64,000 bases of DNA from Syntrophales bacterium (GTDB lineage Bacteria > Desulfobacterota > Syntrophia > Syntrophales > UBA2210). Shown here piece by piece: positions 51,928-62,925 of this stretch; position 1 is the stretch's first letter; each line of letters opens with the position of its first letter. The stretch spans positions 128,001 through 192,000 of the forward strand of contig CAXXKT010000002.1 in NCBI GenBank assembly GCA_963662405.2. Direction: 5' to 3'. Made by a program: the position numbers and the translations under genes. The notes below the pieces were generated by a model that was not told the DNA's origin, did not search any database, and was given only the letters and a program-made list of their open reading frames with translations.

Positions 51928-53451
51928 ATGAGGAATCACGTGAATCTGCAAAACATGTCAAAAGAAGAGTTGATTGCGACTGTCTCCCATCTCCGGGAAC
52001 AGCTGAAAAATCATCCTCATCTAAACGGCTCCGCCGAGGAAGATCTGTACACGATCCTGGCCCATAGCTCACAGCTGGGGTTCTACATCATGCAAAAGAA
52101 ACGTTTCCAGTTCGTAAACCGCCATTTTCAGGAATGTTCAGGGTACAGTGAGCAGGAGCTGCTCACCATGGATCCCACAAGCATCATCCTCCCGAAAGAC
52201 CGGGAAAAGGCGGCCCACAACGCCAGTATGATGCTCAAAGGGCATCGTTCTTCACCCTATGAATTCAGGATTGTGACCCGCGACGGGAAAATTAAATGGA
52301 TCATGGAACGGGTCATGTCCATTACCTTCAGGGGAGAACTGTCGATCCTCGGGAATTCGATGGATCTTACCGAGCGGAGAGAGGCGAATAGAAAACTCGA
52401 AGATCTGGAGGCCCTCGAATCTTCGATCCTGGATGCCATTCCCCAAGCCGTCGTGGGTCTGCATCAACGCCACATCAATTTCGCAAACAATGCCGTCAAG
52501 GCAATCTTCGGATGGGATCGGGAGGAGCTTGTCGGCAAGAATATCATCGTTATCTATCGAAGCAAGGAGGATGCCGATGCCATAGCACGACTGTTCTATA
52601 CAAACCTTGAAGATCAGAGGACTTTTATTACTGAGTTTCCCTGCATACGGAAAGACGGAAAAGAAATACTGTGCAGGATGAAGGCATCACGGATTGGTAA
52701 GCGACTCAAAGAGCGGCGGATTGTCGTCACCTATGAAGATATTACGGAACAGAAAAAGGCGGATGAAGAGCTTCAGCGATCACGTCAGGAACTCAGGGAT
52801 CTCTCCACCCATCTCCAATCCGTTCGCGAGAAGGAGAGTACGCGGATCGCCCGGAAGATACATGATGAATTGGGACAGTCCCTGACGGCCCTGAAAATGG
52901 ATCTCTCATGGATCGAGACCCACCTGCGGGAGCAACCCAACGCTATCAGGGAAAAGTCACGGAGAATGGCTCGGCTCGTTGATTCCACCATCGAAAGTGT
53001 CCACAATATCGTGACGGAACTCCGACCAAGCCTCCTTGACGACCTGGGCCTCCCGGCCGCTATCGAGTGGCAGGCCGATGATTTTCAGAAACGATCCGGC
53101 ATCCGGTGCGATGCCTCCATCGAGTGCGGGGAAGTCGTTATCGACAAAGAGCTGGCGACAACGATCTTTCGAATCTTCCAGGAAACGCTCACCAATATAG
53201 CACGCCACTCAAAGGCAACCCGTTGCTCCGTCACCCTAGCGGAGAACGGGAAAGAGCTACGCCTGGAGGTCATCGATAATGGGGTCGGCATCACCGACCG
53301 CCAAATCAAGGACCCTCAATCGTTCGGGCTAATCGGGATGCGGGAACGCGCCCACCTCTGGGGGGGGAGCGTGCAGGTAACAAGCGGCGCCACCCAGGGA
53401 ACAGCGGTCACCGTCATAGTCCCTCTTGAGAAAGGAGATATCCTGCAATGA
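51928..53451 (+). CDS. PAS-PAS sensor histidine kinase (HisKA_3 type)
   Basis: RIARKIHDELGQ, FRIFQETLTNIARHS, DNGVG, GLIGMRER. Confidence 0.92.
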   Translation: MRNHVNLQNMSKEELIATVSHLREQLKNHPHLNGSAEEDLYTILAHSSQLGFYIMQKKRFQFVNRHFQECSGYSEQELLTMDPTSIILPKDREKAAHNASMMLKGHRSSPYEFRIVTRDGKIKWIMERVMSITFRGELSILGNSMDLTERREANRKLEDLEALESSILDAIPQAVVGLHQRHINFANNAVKAIFGWDREELVGKNIIVIYRSKEDADAIARLFYTNLEDQRTFITEFPCIRKDGKEILCRMKASRIGKRLKERRIVVTYEDITEQKKADEELQRSRQELRDLSTHLQSVREKESTRIARKIHDELGQSLTALKMDLSWIETHLREQPNAIREKSRRMARLVDSTIESVHNIVTELRPSLLDDLGLPAAIEWQADDFQKRSGIRCDASIECGEVVIDKELATTIFRIFQETLTNIARHSKATRCSVTLAENGKELRLEVIDNGVGITDRQIKDPQSFGLIGMRERAHLWGGSVQVTSGATQGTAVTVIVPLEKGDILQ

Positions 53452-54080
53452 TTCGAATACTGGTTGCCGATGACCATGCCGTGGTTCGCGAAGGGGTCAA
53501 GCAAATTCTGGCGGACGTCCCGGACATGATCGTGAAAGACGAGGCCGAGAACGGGCCGGCGGCGCTCGAAAAGATCGCACAGAACGATTATGACGTGATC
53601 CTGCTGGACATTTCGATGCCGGGAAGAAGCGGCCTCGATATCCTCGGAAACATCAAGAGCCAGAATCCGAAGCTCTCCGTGCTGATCCTGAGCATGCACC
53701 CCGAAGAACAGTATGCCATTCGAGCGCTCCGCGCAGGGGCATCGGGGTATCTCACCAAGGCAAGTGCGCCCCAGGAATTGATCGGGGCCATCAAAAAGGC
53801 TGCAGCTGGTGGAAAGTATGTAACATCTTCACTGGCGGAGAAACTGGCCATCGAACTTGACTCTGATATGGAGAAACCTCCCCATGAACGTCTTTCAAAC
53901 CGTGAGCACCAGGTTATGTTAATGCTCGCAGCCGGCAAATCGGTCTCCGAAGTTGCAAACAATCTTTTCCTCAGTGTCAAGACCATCAGCACCTACCGGA
54001 CACGCATCATGGAAAAAATGGGGATGAAAAAGAACGCCGAGCTCACGCTCTACGCCGTTCACAACAAGCTGATCGATTAG
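53448..54080 (+). CDS. NarL/LuxR-family response regulator
   Basis: ADDH, LLDISMPG, LSNRE...LSVKTISTYR. Confidence 0.94.
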   Translation: MIRILVADDHAVVREGVKQILADVPDMIVKDEAENGPAALEKIAQNDYDVILLDISMPGRSGLDILGNIKSQNPKLSVLILSMHPEEQYAIRALRAGASGYLTKASAPQELIGAIKKAAAGGKYVTSSLAEKLAIELDSDMEKPPHERLSNREHQVMLMLAAGKSVSEVANNLFLSVKTISTYRTRIMEKMGMKKNAELTLYAVHNKLID

Positions 54081-54802
54081 CAATCCTCCTTCGGCGCCTT
54101 CTACCGCTCGACACCGCAACATGATGAGACGGTGCATATTTGGCTCCGGATCATTCACGGCATTCACGGAATGGTGCGTCGGTATCCTCTCCTGTCAGAA
54201 GAATCCCGTCAAGATATTCGGTCCCGTTCCGACACAGAAAAAAGGCTTTCCCCGATATTATCTTTGACACCCCCATGGTAGACGATCTATTTGTCTTGGT
54301 ATCGCATGACGGCACTGCAAGGGTGCCTAATGGCAGGGAACAAAGGAATAGGCTTTCCCGTCGTACCGAAGATCGCTATCCCCCGATATCGACCACAAGA
54401 CGGATCGGGTGGCCTCGGGCCGCATCCGGCGAATGCCCGGGAGGTACGGTCGGGGCCGGTATATAGAGAAATCTCCGATACCTCCGCGAATCGCATCGTC
54501 ATGGGTGTCGCAGCCCAGAAACTGGGACAACCGGGTCTGGAGATACGTGTTGTCGCAGCAAGAAATACCTGCTTCGGTTCAATCATCACGTTCGGTTGAG
54601 AAGCCGTTTTCGTGAAGATATCGAAAGATATCTTTTGGAGGATCCTCCCCATGAGCGATAGGTATGTGGAAGAAATAGTCGGGAGTGAACGATGAATGAG
54701 ATCGTAAAGAATGAAAAGGCCGGGATTCGCGTCTGCTCGACACTCGAGATGACCGGGGATGTTCCCGGTGAGACATATCGTTACGATCTCAGCCGACGCA
54801 GT

Positions 54803-55333
54803 ATGCTCTCTGATTTCGCCACCTGCCAACTCTCCCGAAAACCACTTTCCCTTGATAATATACCCGTTCACCTGCGCCTGATCAGTCATCGGGATATGAG
54901 CTCATGGACGGATTTTGTGAACAGCTGTTCCGAAAGATCGTTGTGGCTCCGGTTTCTCTCTCCCTTCACCCCCACGCCCGAAAAGGCACGACGATTCTGC
55001 GATGTCAACCCCGCAGAGGAGATCGCCGTCGTGGCCGAGACGAACCGTGGGGATCAGCGCGGATTCCTCGGAATCGCACGCCTCATCAGGAACAGACGGT
55101 GCGAGGATGAAATTGAATATGCCCTGCTCGTCTCCGACCCATGGCAACAAAAAAAGCTGGGATACCTCCTGTCGGGGAGATGCATCGAACTGGCCAAGGA
55201 AGCAGGGTTCAAGACCATACGGTTCGAGACGCTGCAAGAAAATTTCCCCATAATACGGATCTTCAAACAGTACAATTTTCAGTTCGATAGTAAAGATGAA
55301 AACATGATCTCCATGTCCCTGAATTTCACGTGA
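54803..55333 (+). CDS. Stand-alone GNAT domain similar to the Pat/YfiQ protein acetyltransferase C-terminus (start uncertain)
   Basis: S.RSLWLRF, EIAVVAE, GIARL, EYALLVSDPWQ. Confidence 0.7.
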   Translation: MLSDFATCQLSRKPLSLDNIPVHLRLISHRDMSSWTDFVNSCSERSLWLRFLSPFTPTPEKARRFCDVNPAEEIAVVAETNRGDQRGFLGIARLIRNRRCEDEIEYALLVSDPWQQKKLGYLLSGRCIELAKEAGFKTIRFETLQENFPIIRIFKQYNFQFDSKDENMISMSLNFT

Positions 55334-55354
55334 GCCATGACAGAGCTACCCGCA

Positions 55355-55392
55355 AAAAAGCCCGTTCTCTTATTGCAAAGAACGGGCTTTTT
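55355..55392. terminator. Bidirectional intrinsic terminator between the convergent GNAT and acs genes
   Basis: AAAAAGCCCGTTCT-N10-AGAACGGGCTTTTT. Confidence 0.8.
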
Positions 55393-55414
55393 CGTTACGC
55401 AATCGAACCGAATC

Positions 55415-57388
55415 TTATCCGAGTTTCTTTCGATTCTCGACGAGATCATCAACAACGCCCGGCTCTGCCAGGGTCGATGTATCACCAAAATTTCCGTAAT
55501 CTTCAGCCGCAACGTTTCGCAGCACCCGCCTCATGATCTTACCGGACCTCGTTTTGGGAAGCCCATCAGCCCACTGGATCTGGTCAGGCGTCGCGATCGG
55601 CCCGATCTCCGTTCTTACATGAGCACTGAGTTTCTTCTTCAGATCGTCATTCTTTTCAACGTCATTATTCAGGGTTACATAGGCAAAAATCCCCTGCCCC
55701 TTGATATCGTGAGGGAATCCGACGACAGCGGCCTCGGCGACGTCGGGGTGTGACGTAAGCGCAGCCTCAACCTCCGCAGTCCCCATCCGGTGACCGGAGA
55801 CGTTGATAACATCGTCAACCCGCCCCGTGATCTTATAGTCTCCATCCTCATCACGCTCAGCCCCGTCACCGGAGAAGTAATAGCCGGGAAACTGTAAGAA
55901 GTAGTTCTCCTGGAACTTCTCCTGGTCTCCCCATATTCCTCTCATCATGCCGGGCCATGCCCCCTTGATGCAGAGCGCACCTGTTCCGACACCCTCGATT
56001 TCATTTCCGTTCTCGTCAAGGAGTACCGGAATGACGCCGAAGAAGGGAACCATGGCCTTCGCGGGTTTGATATCTATGGCACCGGGAAGCGGAAGGATCA
56101 TATGTCCGCCCGTCTCCGTCTGCCACCATGTATCGGAAATCGTGCACCGGCCCCCGCCGACCTTGTTGTAATACCACCACCACGCCTCGGGATTCAGCGG
56201 CTCACCAACCGATCCCAAGACACGCAGGGACGAAAGATCATGTTTGTCGACCCATTCGTCACCCTCCTTGGCAATGGCGCGGATCGCCGTCGGGGCGGTA
56301 TAGAAATTGTTGACATTGTATTTCTCACAGATGGCCCAGAACCGGTCATAGGCGGGATAACTGGGAACACCTTCAAAGAGAATGCTGCTGTGACCGTTGC
56401 AGAGCGGCCCGTACACGATGTAACTGTGACCCGTCACCCATCCGATATCGGCGGTACACCAGTAGACATCCTCCTCACGGACATCAAAGGCCAGCTGCTG
56501 GGTCATGGAAGCATAGAGGAGATACCCTGCGGTAGTGTGGACGACACCCTTGGGCTGTCCGGTTGAACCTGACGTATAGAGGATAAAGAGGGGATCTTCC
56601 GCGTCCATTTCTTCGGGGACACAGTAGGACGCGGCCTGCTCCATCAGACTCTCGTACCACACGTCACGGCCATCCCGCATCGGCACCTCCGTGCCGGTCC
56701 GTTTCACGACAATCTGCGTCTTAACGGAGGGACAATCTTCAAGGGCCTTGTCGGCATTTCCCTTCTGGGGAACGGCCTTGGCACCGCGATAGGTCCCGTC
56801 GCAGGTGATAAGGATCTTGGCCTCGCAGTCGTTGATGCGATCCCGGAGGGCCTCCGCCGAAAAACCACCGAAAACGATGGAGTGAACGGCACCGATCCTG
56901 GTGCAGGCGAGCATCGTAATGGCCAGTTCAGGGATCATGGGGAGATAGATCGATACCCGGTCCCCCTTTTTGATCCCCAGGCCTTTGAGGACATTCGCAA
57001 ATTTATTTACCTCGCGATACATATCGAAATAGGTATAGACCTTCCAGTCGTTGGGGTCGTTTCCCTCGAAGATGATGGCGGCCTTGTTCTTCTTCGTCTC
57101 AAGGTGGCGATCAAGGCAGTTGTAACTCACATTGAGTTTTCCTCCTTCAAACCACTTCACGTGAAGATCATCTCCGAACGACCAGTCGGAGATCTTCTCC
57201 TTGTCAAAGGGTTTGAACCAGTGCAACCGTTCTTCCGCCATACGCGCCCAGAAGGCATCGGGATCCTCGATCGACTCCTTGTAGAGCTTTTCATAAGCCT
57301 CCCGACCCTTGATGTAGGATTTCTCTCGTACCCGGTCAGGGACAGGAAATACCTTATCATAAAAATCTTGCTCATTTATATCAGCCAT
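55415..57388 (-). CDS. acs: Acetyl-CoA synthetase (AMP-forming)
   Basis: [46 protein letters not shown]. Confidence 0.96.
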   Translation of the reverse strand: MADINEQDFYDKVFPVPDRVREKSYIKGREAYEKLYKESIEDPDAFWARMAEERLHWFKPFDKEKISDWSFGDDLHVKWFEGGKLNVSYNCLDRHLETKKNKAAIIFEGNDPNDWKVYTYFDMYREVNKFANVLKGLGIKKGDRVSIYLPMIPELAITMLACTRIGAVHSIVFGGFSAEALRDRINDCEAKILITCDGTYRGAKAVPQKGNADKALEDCPSVKTQIVVKRTGTEVPMRDGRDVWYESLMEQAASYCVPEEMDAEDPLFILYTSGSTGQPKGVVHTTAGYLLYASMTQQLAFDVREEDVYWCTADIGWVTGHSYIVYGPLCNGHSSILFEGVPSYPAYDRFWAICEKYNVNNFYTAPTAIRAIAKEGDEWVDKHDLSSLRVLGSVGEPLNPEAWWWYYNKVGGGRCTISDTWWQTETGGHMILPLPGAIDIKPAKAMVPFFGVIPVLLDENGNEIEGVGTGALCIKGAWPGMMRGIWGDQEKFQENYFLQFPGYYFSGDGAERDEDGDYKITGRVDDVINVSGHRMGTAEVEAALTSHPDVAEAAVVGFPHDIKGQGIFAYVTLNNDVEKNDDLKKKLSAHVRTEIGPIATPDQIQWADGLPKTRSGKIMRRVLRNVAAEDYGNFGDTSTLAEPGVVDDLVENRKKLG

Positions 57389-57542
57389 TATCCGCCTCCT
57401 TCATGTTAAATTACTCAACTGGGCAACGAGAATGCCTGTTACCCAACGTAAGCACCGTCTCACACGGGGGCCTTCCGGCCCCCGATTGTACTGTTCTGGA
57501 GGTTTTTCTCCTCCCTCACGCACGGAATCACGCAGAAGTTTC

Positions 57543-57585
57543 AACCATATGTCCCTTCGGAAAAAAGCCGAAGGGACATATGGTT
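57543..57585. repeat. Perfect 18-bp inverted repeat in the acs upstream region
   Basis: AACCATATGTCCCTTCGG-AAAAAAG-CCGAAGGGACATATGGTT. Confidence 0.8.
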
Positions 57586-58226
57586 TCAAAATGGAGTTCG
57601 GGACCCGCCCCCGGGCGGCTTCGCCTCCCACCAGCCGACGCGGAAGGAAAAACGTCTTCGATAAGAGAAAAGACCTCTGAATGTATCGTAGATGGCGTCT
57701 GCAATACGGGTGCCCCTCACAAAGCCTACTCTTCATAGCGTAAATTTATCACTCTCGATATCGGTATCAGTCTGAATTCCAAGTCGACGTCATCCCTACA
57801 CGCTGTCAATGTTTATCCCACACGGCCTGTCTCGGATAGCCCCTTCGAGGTTCAGATTCATGCTTGTTTTCCAAGATAACGGGGGGTATAGTAGTTAGAC
57901 TTGGGGTGGCAATCAGGAGGCAAGGACTTGCGCTCCAGGGGTGCATCCAGCCGGATTTGCTCAAGAAGTCCTACGGCTTCTCCACGAAGTGGGCGATACG
58001 GTCCTGTGTCAAGAAAAAGAACCATTGTTTCCGGCGTGTGGGTGACAAAACGAGTTACCGGCACAACAGGATTGCCCAGCACGGCAACATGGTGGAGGGG
58101 ATGGAGTATACACGATGAAACCGTCCTTCATACGGGGAACAGAGACACCACGCCCGCGAGGAGCCGGTAGCTGACCGTCCAGAGGAATCGCTCTAGAATC
58201 GCATCTTCCCGTGGGGGGAAACGAAG

Positions 58227-59054
58227 ATGGCCGATTACGGAATTACCCTGGAATACAGAGATCATATTGGAATCGTGCGCTTCGATCGACCGGAGAGGCG
58301 AAATGCCTTCAATGCGGCGATGTGGAACGATTTGGAAGAAATCATCCTACAGCTGGAGAGGCGACTTCCCCGCGTTGTCATCCTGGCGGGGGTGAAAGAT
58401 CAGGTGTTTTGTTCCGGCTTCGACGTTAACCCGGACAATCCCCAGGTCGCGAATCTCATTCAGGGGATAACGGCCCGCGACCGGGCGCCCGTTGCACAGA
58501 TGATACGACGGATCCGGAAGACAGTGGACAGTCTGTTTGCATTGCCGGTTCCGATCATCGCCGCACTCAATGGAAACGCCTACGGCGGAGGTGCGGAACT
58601 CGCCGTGCGGTGTGATATGCGCGTGATGGATCCGGATGCCGTTATCTGCTTTTCAGAGGTGCGCCTTGGCCTCATACCCGATTGGGGCGGAGCCGCCGCC
58701 CTCCCCCGGCTGATAGGACCCGCACGTGCGGCGGAAATGATCCTGACGGCCCGTGAGGTCACCTCGCACGATGCCCTTTCGTGCGGCTTGATCAATCGCA
58801 TCAGTTCGCCGGGAAGGGCACTTGCCGAATCGCTTCAGCTCGCGGGAAACATCGCCACGAACGGTCCGCGCGCCGTACGCGCCGCCCTTGAAGTCATCCG
58901 TTCAACCAGCAATCTATCGCTTGCTGGGTCGTTGAGATTAGAAATGGAAAAGGCCATTTCATTAATTACAACGGGCGAGTGTGTTCACGGGATATCGGCC
59001 TTCCTATCGAAAGAAAAACCGATATTCCCGGATAGCGCGACCGAGACCCCTTGA
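58227..59054 (+). CDS. Enoyl-CoA hydratase/isomerase family protein
   Basis: FCSGFD, IAALNGNAYGGGAELA, SEVRLGLIPDWGG. Confidence 0.92.
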   Translation: MADYGITLEYRDHIGIVRFDRPERRNAFNAAMWNDLEEIILQLERRLPRVVILAGVKDQVFCSGFDVNPDNPQVANLIQGITARDRAPVAQMIRRIRKTVDSLFALPVPIIAALNGNAYGGGAELAVRCDMRVMDPDAVICFSEVRLGLIPDWGGAAALPRLIGPARAAEMILTAREVTSHDALSCGLINRISSPGRALAESLQLAGNIATNGPRAVRAALEVIRSTSNLSLAGSLRLEMEKAISLITTGECVHGISAFLSKEKPIFPDSATETP

Positions 59055-59090
59055 GCGTCACCTCGCCATACGCCACGAAGGAGGGGAGTT

Positions 59091-59999
59091 ATGAAGGTCT
59101 TTATCACCGGAGGGTCGGGTTTTGTGGGGAGTACGTTGAGCTCGGGATTAACCGGCCACGGGCATGAGGTGACAATCCTGACACGATCGATCAAGAAACA
59201 GCAACTCCTCCCCAAAGGTGCATCGTTTCTGGAGGGAGACCCTACGCGGGAAGGGCCGTGGCAGGAACGGATTGCCGAGCACGACGCCGTCATCAACCTT
59301 GCCGGGGCCTCCATCTTCGCCCGGTGGACCGACGACTATAAAGACACCCTTCGGGAGAGCAGGCTCCTGACAACCCGCCATCTCGTCGATGCCCTGGCTC
59401 CACGTTCGGGAAAAGAAACACACCTTATCAGCACATCGGCCGTTGGGTATTATGGCTTTCATGAAGATGAATCCCTTGAAGAGACGGATCCACCCGGAAC
59501 GGATTTTCTGGCAACGCTCGCAGCGGACTGGGAGGCTGCAGCCCTTGAGGCCAAAAAATATGGCGCACGGGTTGTCCTCTGCCGCTTCGGCATCGTCTTG
59601 GGCAAAGGCGGGGGCGCCCTCGCGCAGATGCTCCCCCCCTTCCGCTTTTGGATGGGGGCACCGCTGGGCAACGGGACACAGTGGTTTTCCTGGATACATG
59701 AACGAGATCTTGCCGATATATTTCGATTCGTCCTCGAACGCAAAGATGTCGAGGGACCGATCAACTGCACGGCACCCGACCCCGTCAGGAACCGGGAGTT
59801 GACGCGAGCAATCGGCACGGTCATGGGCAAGCCGGTCTTTTTACCCCCTCTTCCCGCCTTTCTCATACGGTGGATCCTCGGGGAATTCGGAAATGTGATC
59901 CTGAAGGGGCAAAGGGTCTACCCCCGAAAGCTTATGGACGACGGTTTTGTTTTTCAGTTTCCAACCGTGCAGAAAGCGCTTATCGATCTGCTCCGATAG
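59091..59999 (+). CDS. TIGR01777-family NAD-dependent epimerase/oxidoreductase
   Basis: ITGGSGFVG, VINLAGA, SAVGYYG, QWFSWIH. Confidence 0.9.
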   Translation: MKVFITGGSGFVGSTLSSGLTGHGHEVTILTRSIKKQQLLPKGASFLEGDPTREGPWQERIAEHDAVINLAGASIFARWTDDYKDTLRESRLLTTRHLVDALAPRSGKETHLISTSAVGYYGFHEDESLEETDPPGTDFLATLAADWEAAALEAKKYGARVVLCRFGIVLGKGGGALAQMLPPFRFWMGAPLGNGTQWFSWIHERDLADIFRFVLERKDVEGPINCTAPDPVRNRELTRAIGTVMGKPVFLPPLPAFLIRWILGEFGNVILKGQRVYPRKLMDDGFVFQFPTVQKALIDLLR

Positions 60000-60038
60000 A
60001 ATCCGCCGACAGCGGGGAAGAAGAGGCAGTGGAAAAGT

Positions 60039-61061
60039 ATGAAGCGACAAATAACACTCGGGAAAACGGGCATTCAGGTCACACGTCTCGGTTTCGGCGG
60101 GATTCCGATCCAGCGGGTCTCCGAGGAAGAGGCCATCGAGACCGTTATCCATGCATTGACCAGCGGCGTTGATTTTATCGATACCTCCCGTGCCTATACG
60201 ACAAGTGAGCGGCGAATCGGCATTGCCCTGCAGGAGACCGGAAAGGATGTCGTTATAGCGACCAAATCTCAGCAGCACACTGCTGATAAAATCAGGAATG
60301 ATGTAGAGATAAGCCTCAGCGAACTCCAGAGGGACAAAATCGAGCTCTATCAGTGTCATTTTATCCGTGACCGCGATGCCTATAAGAAGATTATCTCAAA
60401 GGGCGGGGCACTGGAGGGGCTGTTGAAGGCGCGTGAGGAGGGTCTGATCGAGCACATCGGGATTACCAGCCACAGCCTGGACCTCCTGGACCATGTCATC
60501 GACGATGGACTTTTCGAGACTATCATGGTCTGCTACAGCTTCCTCGAGCCGAAGGCGCAAGAACGGGTGATTCCTCGGGCCCTCGCCGCGGACATCGGCG
60601 TCATCGTTATGAAGGCCTTTTCCGGGGGTATTATCGACAACGCCCGCCTGGCTCTCAAATACGCCCTGGCCATCGAGGGAACTGTCGTTATCCCCGGCAT
60701 CGAGTCACCGGAGTTGTTTGATAAGAACTGGGAGGTCTTCGTTGACGACTTGTCGCTCAGCCGGAAGGAATGGGAGGAGATCCATGCAATCCAGAGCGAA
60801 TTCGACAAACAGTTCTGCCGTCGCTGCGATTACTGCCAACCCTGCCCTGAAGAAATCCCCATACAGCACATCATCGGGATCAAATCGATGGTCAAGCGTA
60901 TGGGACCGGGGATTCTTGCCGGAGGATGGCCAAGATTTGCGGTTGACCAAGCACGGGGATGCACCGCATGCGGTCTGTGTTCTGAGCGTTGCCCCTATGA
61001 ACTCCCCATCCCGGAGCTGATCAAGGAGAACCTCCGGTGGATCGATGAACAGATACTGTGA
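60039..61061 (+). CDS. Aldo/keto reductase with C-terminal 4Fe-4S dicluster
   Basis: LGFGGIPIQR, IDTSRAY; CRRCDYCQPCP and CTACGLCSERCP. Confidence 0.9.
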   Translation: MKRQITLGKTGIQVTRLGFGGIPIQRVSEEEAIETVIHALTSGVDFIDTSRAYTTSERRIGIALQETGKDVVIATKSQQHTADKIRNDVEISLSELQRDKIELYQCHFIRDRDAYKKIISKGGALEGLLKAREEGLIEHIGITSHSLDLLDHVIDDGLFETIMVCYSFLEPKAQERVIPRALAADIGVIVMKAFSGGIIDNARLALKYALAIEGTVVIPGIESPELFDKNWEVFVDDLSLSRKEWEEIHAIQSEFDKQFCRRCDYCQPCPEEIPIQHIIGIKSMVKRMGPGILAGGWPRFAVDQARGCTACGLCSERCPYELPIPELIKENLRWIDEQIL

Positions 61062-61237
61062 TCGAACGATCGTGGGTCGTATCAATGTTCTTTTCCCTTT
61101 TTGTCCGTAAATCAGGTAGATACGGACAGGAAAACAAAGCTACTGAGGATAGCGACCTATCACAGACGTCCGGTCTGGATTTTTTTCACCTTTCATGATA
61201 GCTGGAATGAACTTACCTAGCGGAGGAGACATCTACC

Positions 61238-62110
61238 ATGACAATAGATACGACGACGCTGCTTGACGGACTGGGATTTCCCGAGGGGCCACGCTGGCAC
61301 GACGGGAGATTGTGGTTTTCGGACTTCCGCACGAAGAAAGTGATGACGGTCGACCTTGATGGTAATACGGAGATCATTACCGAGGTGTGGGGTCAGCCCT
61401 CCGGACTGGGATGGCTTCCCGATCAGAGTCTCCTCGTCGTCTCAATGGCGGATCGTCAACTGCTGCGGTTCCATGATGGAGTTCTGTCACAATTTGCCGA
61501 TCTGAGCGAGCTGGCATCATCATATTGCAACGATATGGTAGTCGATCACAGCGGGAGGGCATATATCGGAAATTTCGGTACCCCTCTCTTCGAACAGCCG
61601 TACCGGCCTGCCGAGATCGTCCTCGTTACACCGACCGGTGAGGCGAAGATAGTGGCCGAAGATATGGCCTTTCCCAACGGGAGCGTTATCTCACCCGACG
61701 GAAAGACACTGATCGTCGGTGAAACGCTTGCCGCACGCCTCACTGCCTTTGATATCGAGCAGGACGGTTCTCTCTCCCATCGTCGTGTCTGGGCCTCCTT
61801 TGACGAGTTGGGCCTGACCCCCCGTCACGCCGAGCTTGTTGACCGGGTAACCCCGGATGGGATCTGCCTTGATGCCGAGGGGGCCGTCTGGGTTGCTTCC
61901 CCCAATGCCCGTTCGGAGTTGATCCGTGTCCGCGAGGGAGGAGAAATTACCCATCGTTACAAACTCGCTCATACCCCCTTTGCCTGTATGCTCGGTGGTC
62001 CTGAGCGTCGAGACCTCTTTGTTCTGACATCGAGCCTTTACGAGAATAATAACAGGAGTGGTCGTATCGAGACCATTCGGGTAGATGTCCCCGGCGCGGG
62101 GCTGCCGTAG
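61238..62110 (+). CDS. SMP-30/gluconolactonase/LRE family protein
   Basis: FPEGPRW, CNDMVVD, FPNG, PDGICLDAEG. Confidence 0.92.
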   Translation: MTIDTTTLLDGLGFPEGPRWHDGRLWFSDFRTKKVMTVDLDGNTEIITEVWGQPSGLGWLPDQSLLVVSMADRQLLRFHDGVLSQFADLSELASSYCNDMVVDHSGRAYIGNFGTPLFEQPYRPAEIVLVTPTGEAKIVAEDMAFPNGSVISPDGKTLIVGETLAARLTAFDIEQDGSLSHRRVWASFDELGLTPRHAELVDRVTPDGICLDAEGAVWVASPNARSELIRVREGGEITHRYKLAHTPFACMLGGPERRDLFVLTSSLYENNNRSGRIETIRVDVPGAGLP

Positions 62111-62170
62111 GGCTCCGGCTCGGTGCCCAGACCGGCGCTGGCATCTCAATCAAGGGGGGAGGAATTCACG

Positions 62171-62680
62171 ATGGCGGAAACCGAAAATGACCAATTGGTC
62201 GAATTTCTCAACAAGAATTGGATGACGCACGACGGGTTGTGGTTTTATGAGTGCCTGCAGGAACTGGGAGCGGAAAAGACCAATAAGATCAATAAGTCGG
62301 CAATTAAAGCATTGGCGGAGATTGAAGTCAGAAGGGTCAAGCAGTTCCTCGGCGTAGAGAAACAACCTCTTGATACCTTTGAGGAGTTCCAAGATTTCAT
62401 CGCTAATGTGTCTGAATTCTTCATACCTGATTTTATGAACGCCTCCATGAGTTTCCCTGACGATTGCGTTCTACAATGGGATTTTCTACCGGAAGACTGT
62501 TTCGCCTACAACAGCATGCGGGGCATGGGCGTTATTGGCGATTATGAGTGCGGCGTTATCTACCGGGTGGAATGCTGGCTTAAAAGCCTGGGGATTGCGT
62601 ATGATATCATGCCGCCGGTAACCACGTGTCTGATACTCAAAACCGGAACGTGTTCCGGAAGGTTTACCCTGCATTTCTGA
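62171..62680 (+). CDS. DUF6125-like hypothetical protein
   Basis: KNWMTHDGLWF motif; several Cys; SD GGAGG. Confidence 0.6.
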   Translation: MAETENDQLVEFLNKNWMTHDGLWFYECLQELGAEKTNKINKSAIKALAEIEVRRVKQFLGVEKQPLDTFEEFQDFIANVSEFFIPDFMNASMSFPDDCVLQWDFLPEDCFAYNSMRGMGVIGDYECGVIYRVECWLKSLGIAYDIMPPVTTCLILKTGTCSGRFTLHF

Positions 62681-62925
62681 GCACTTTTCTACCGGGAATT
62701 CCGGTTGATAGAAGCGGCGAACCTTCTCATTGCGTGTAGATATAGACCATTTCAACGCAATGTGTTATCATACATATTATGTGTTTTTTTCTATTGCGGG
62801 GCGAACAGGAAGTAATTCACCTATCAGGTTCGACGTTCCGCCGTTCTTCTGCAAACTGATATTTTTTCGGTAATCTACAGGCAACCAGTTTCAAGCAACC
62901 ATTGTATGAACACTGAGGTGCATTG

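Noticed and set aside
54140..54800. Overlapping ORFs in the ~700-bp gap after the response regulator
   Set aside because: No recognisable domain or RNA motif; a gene call cannot be supported.
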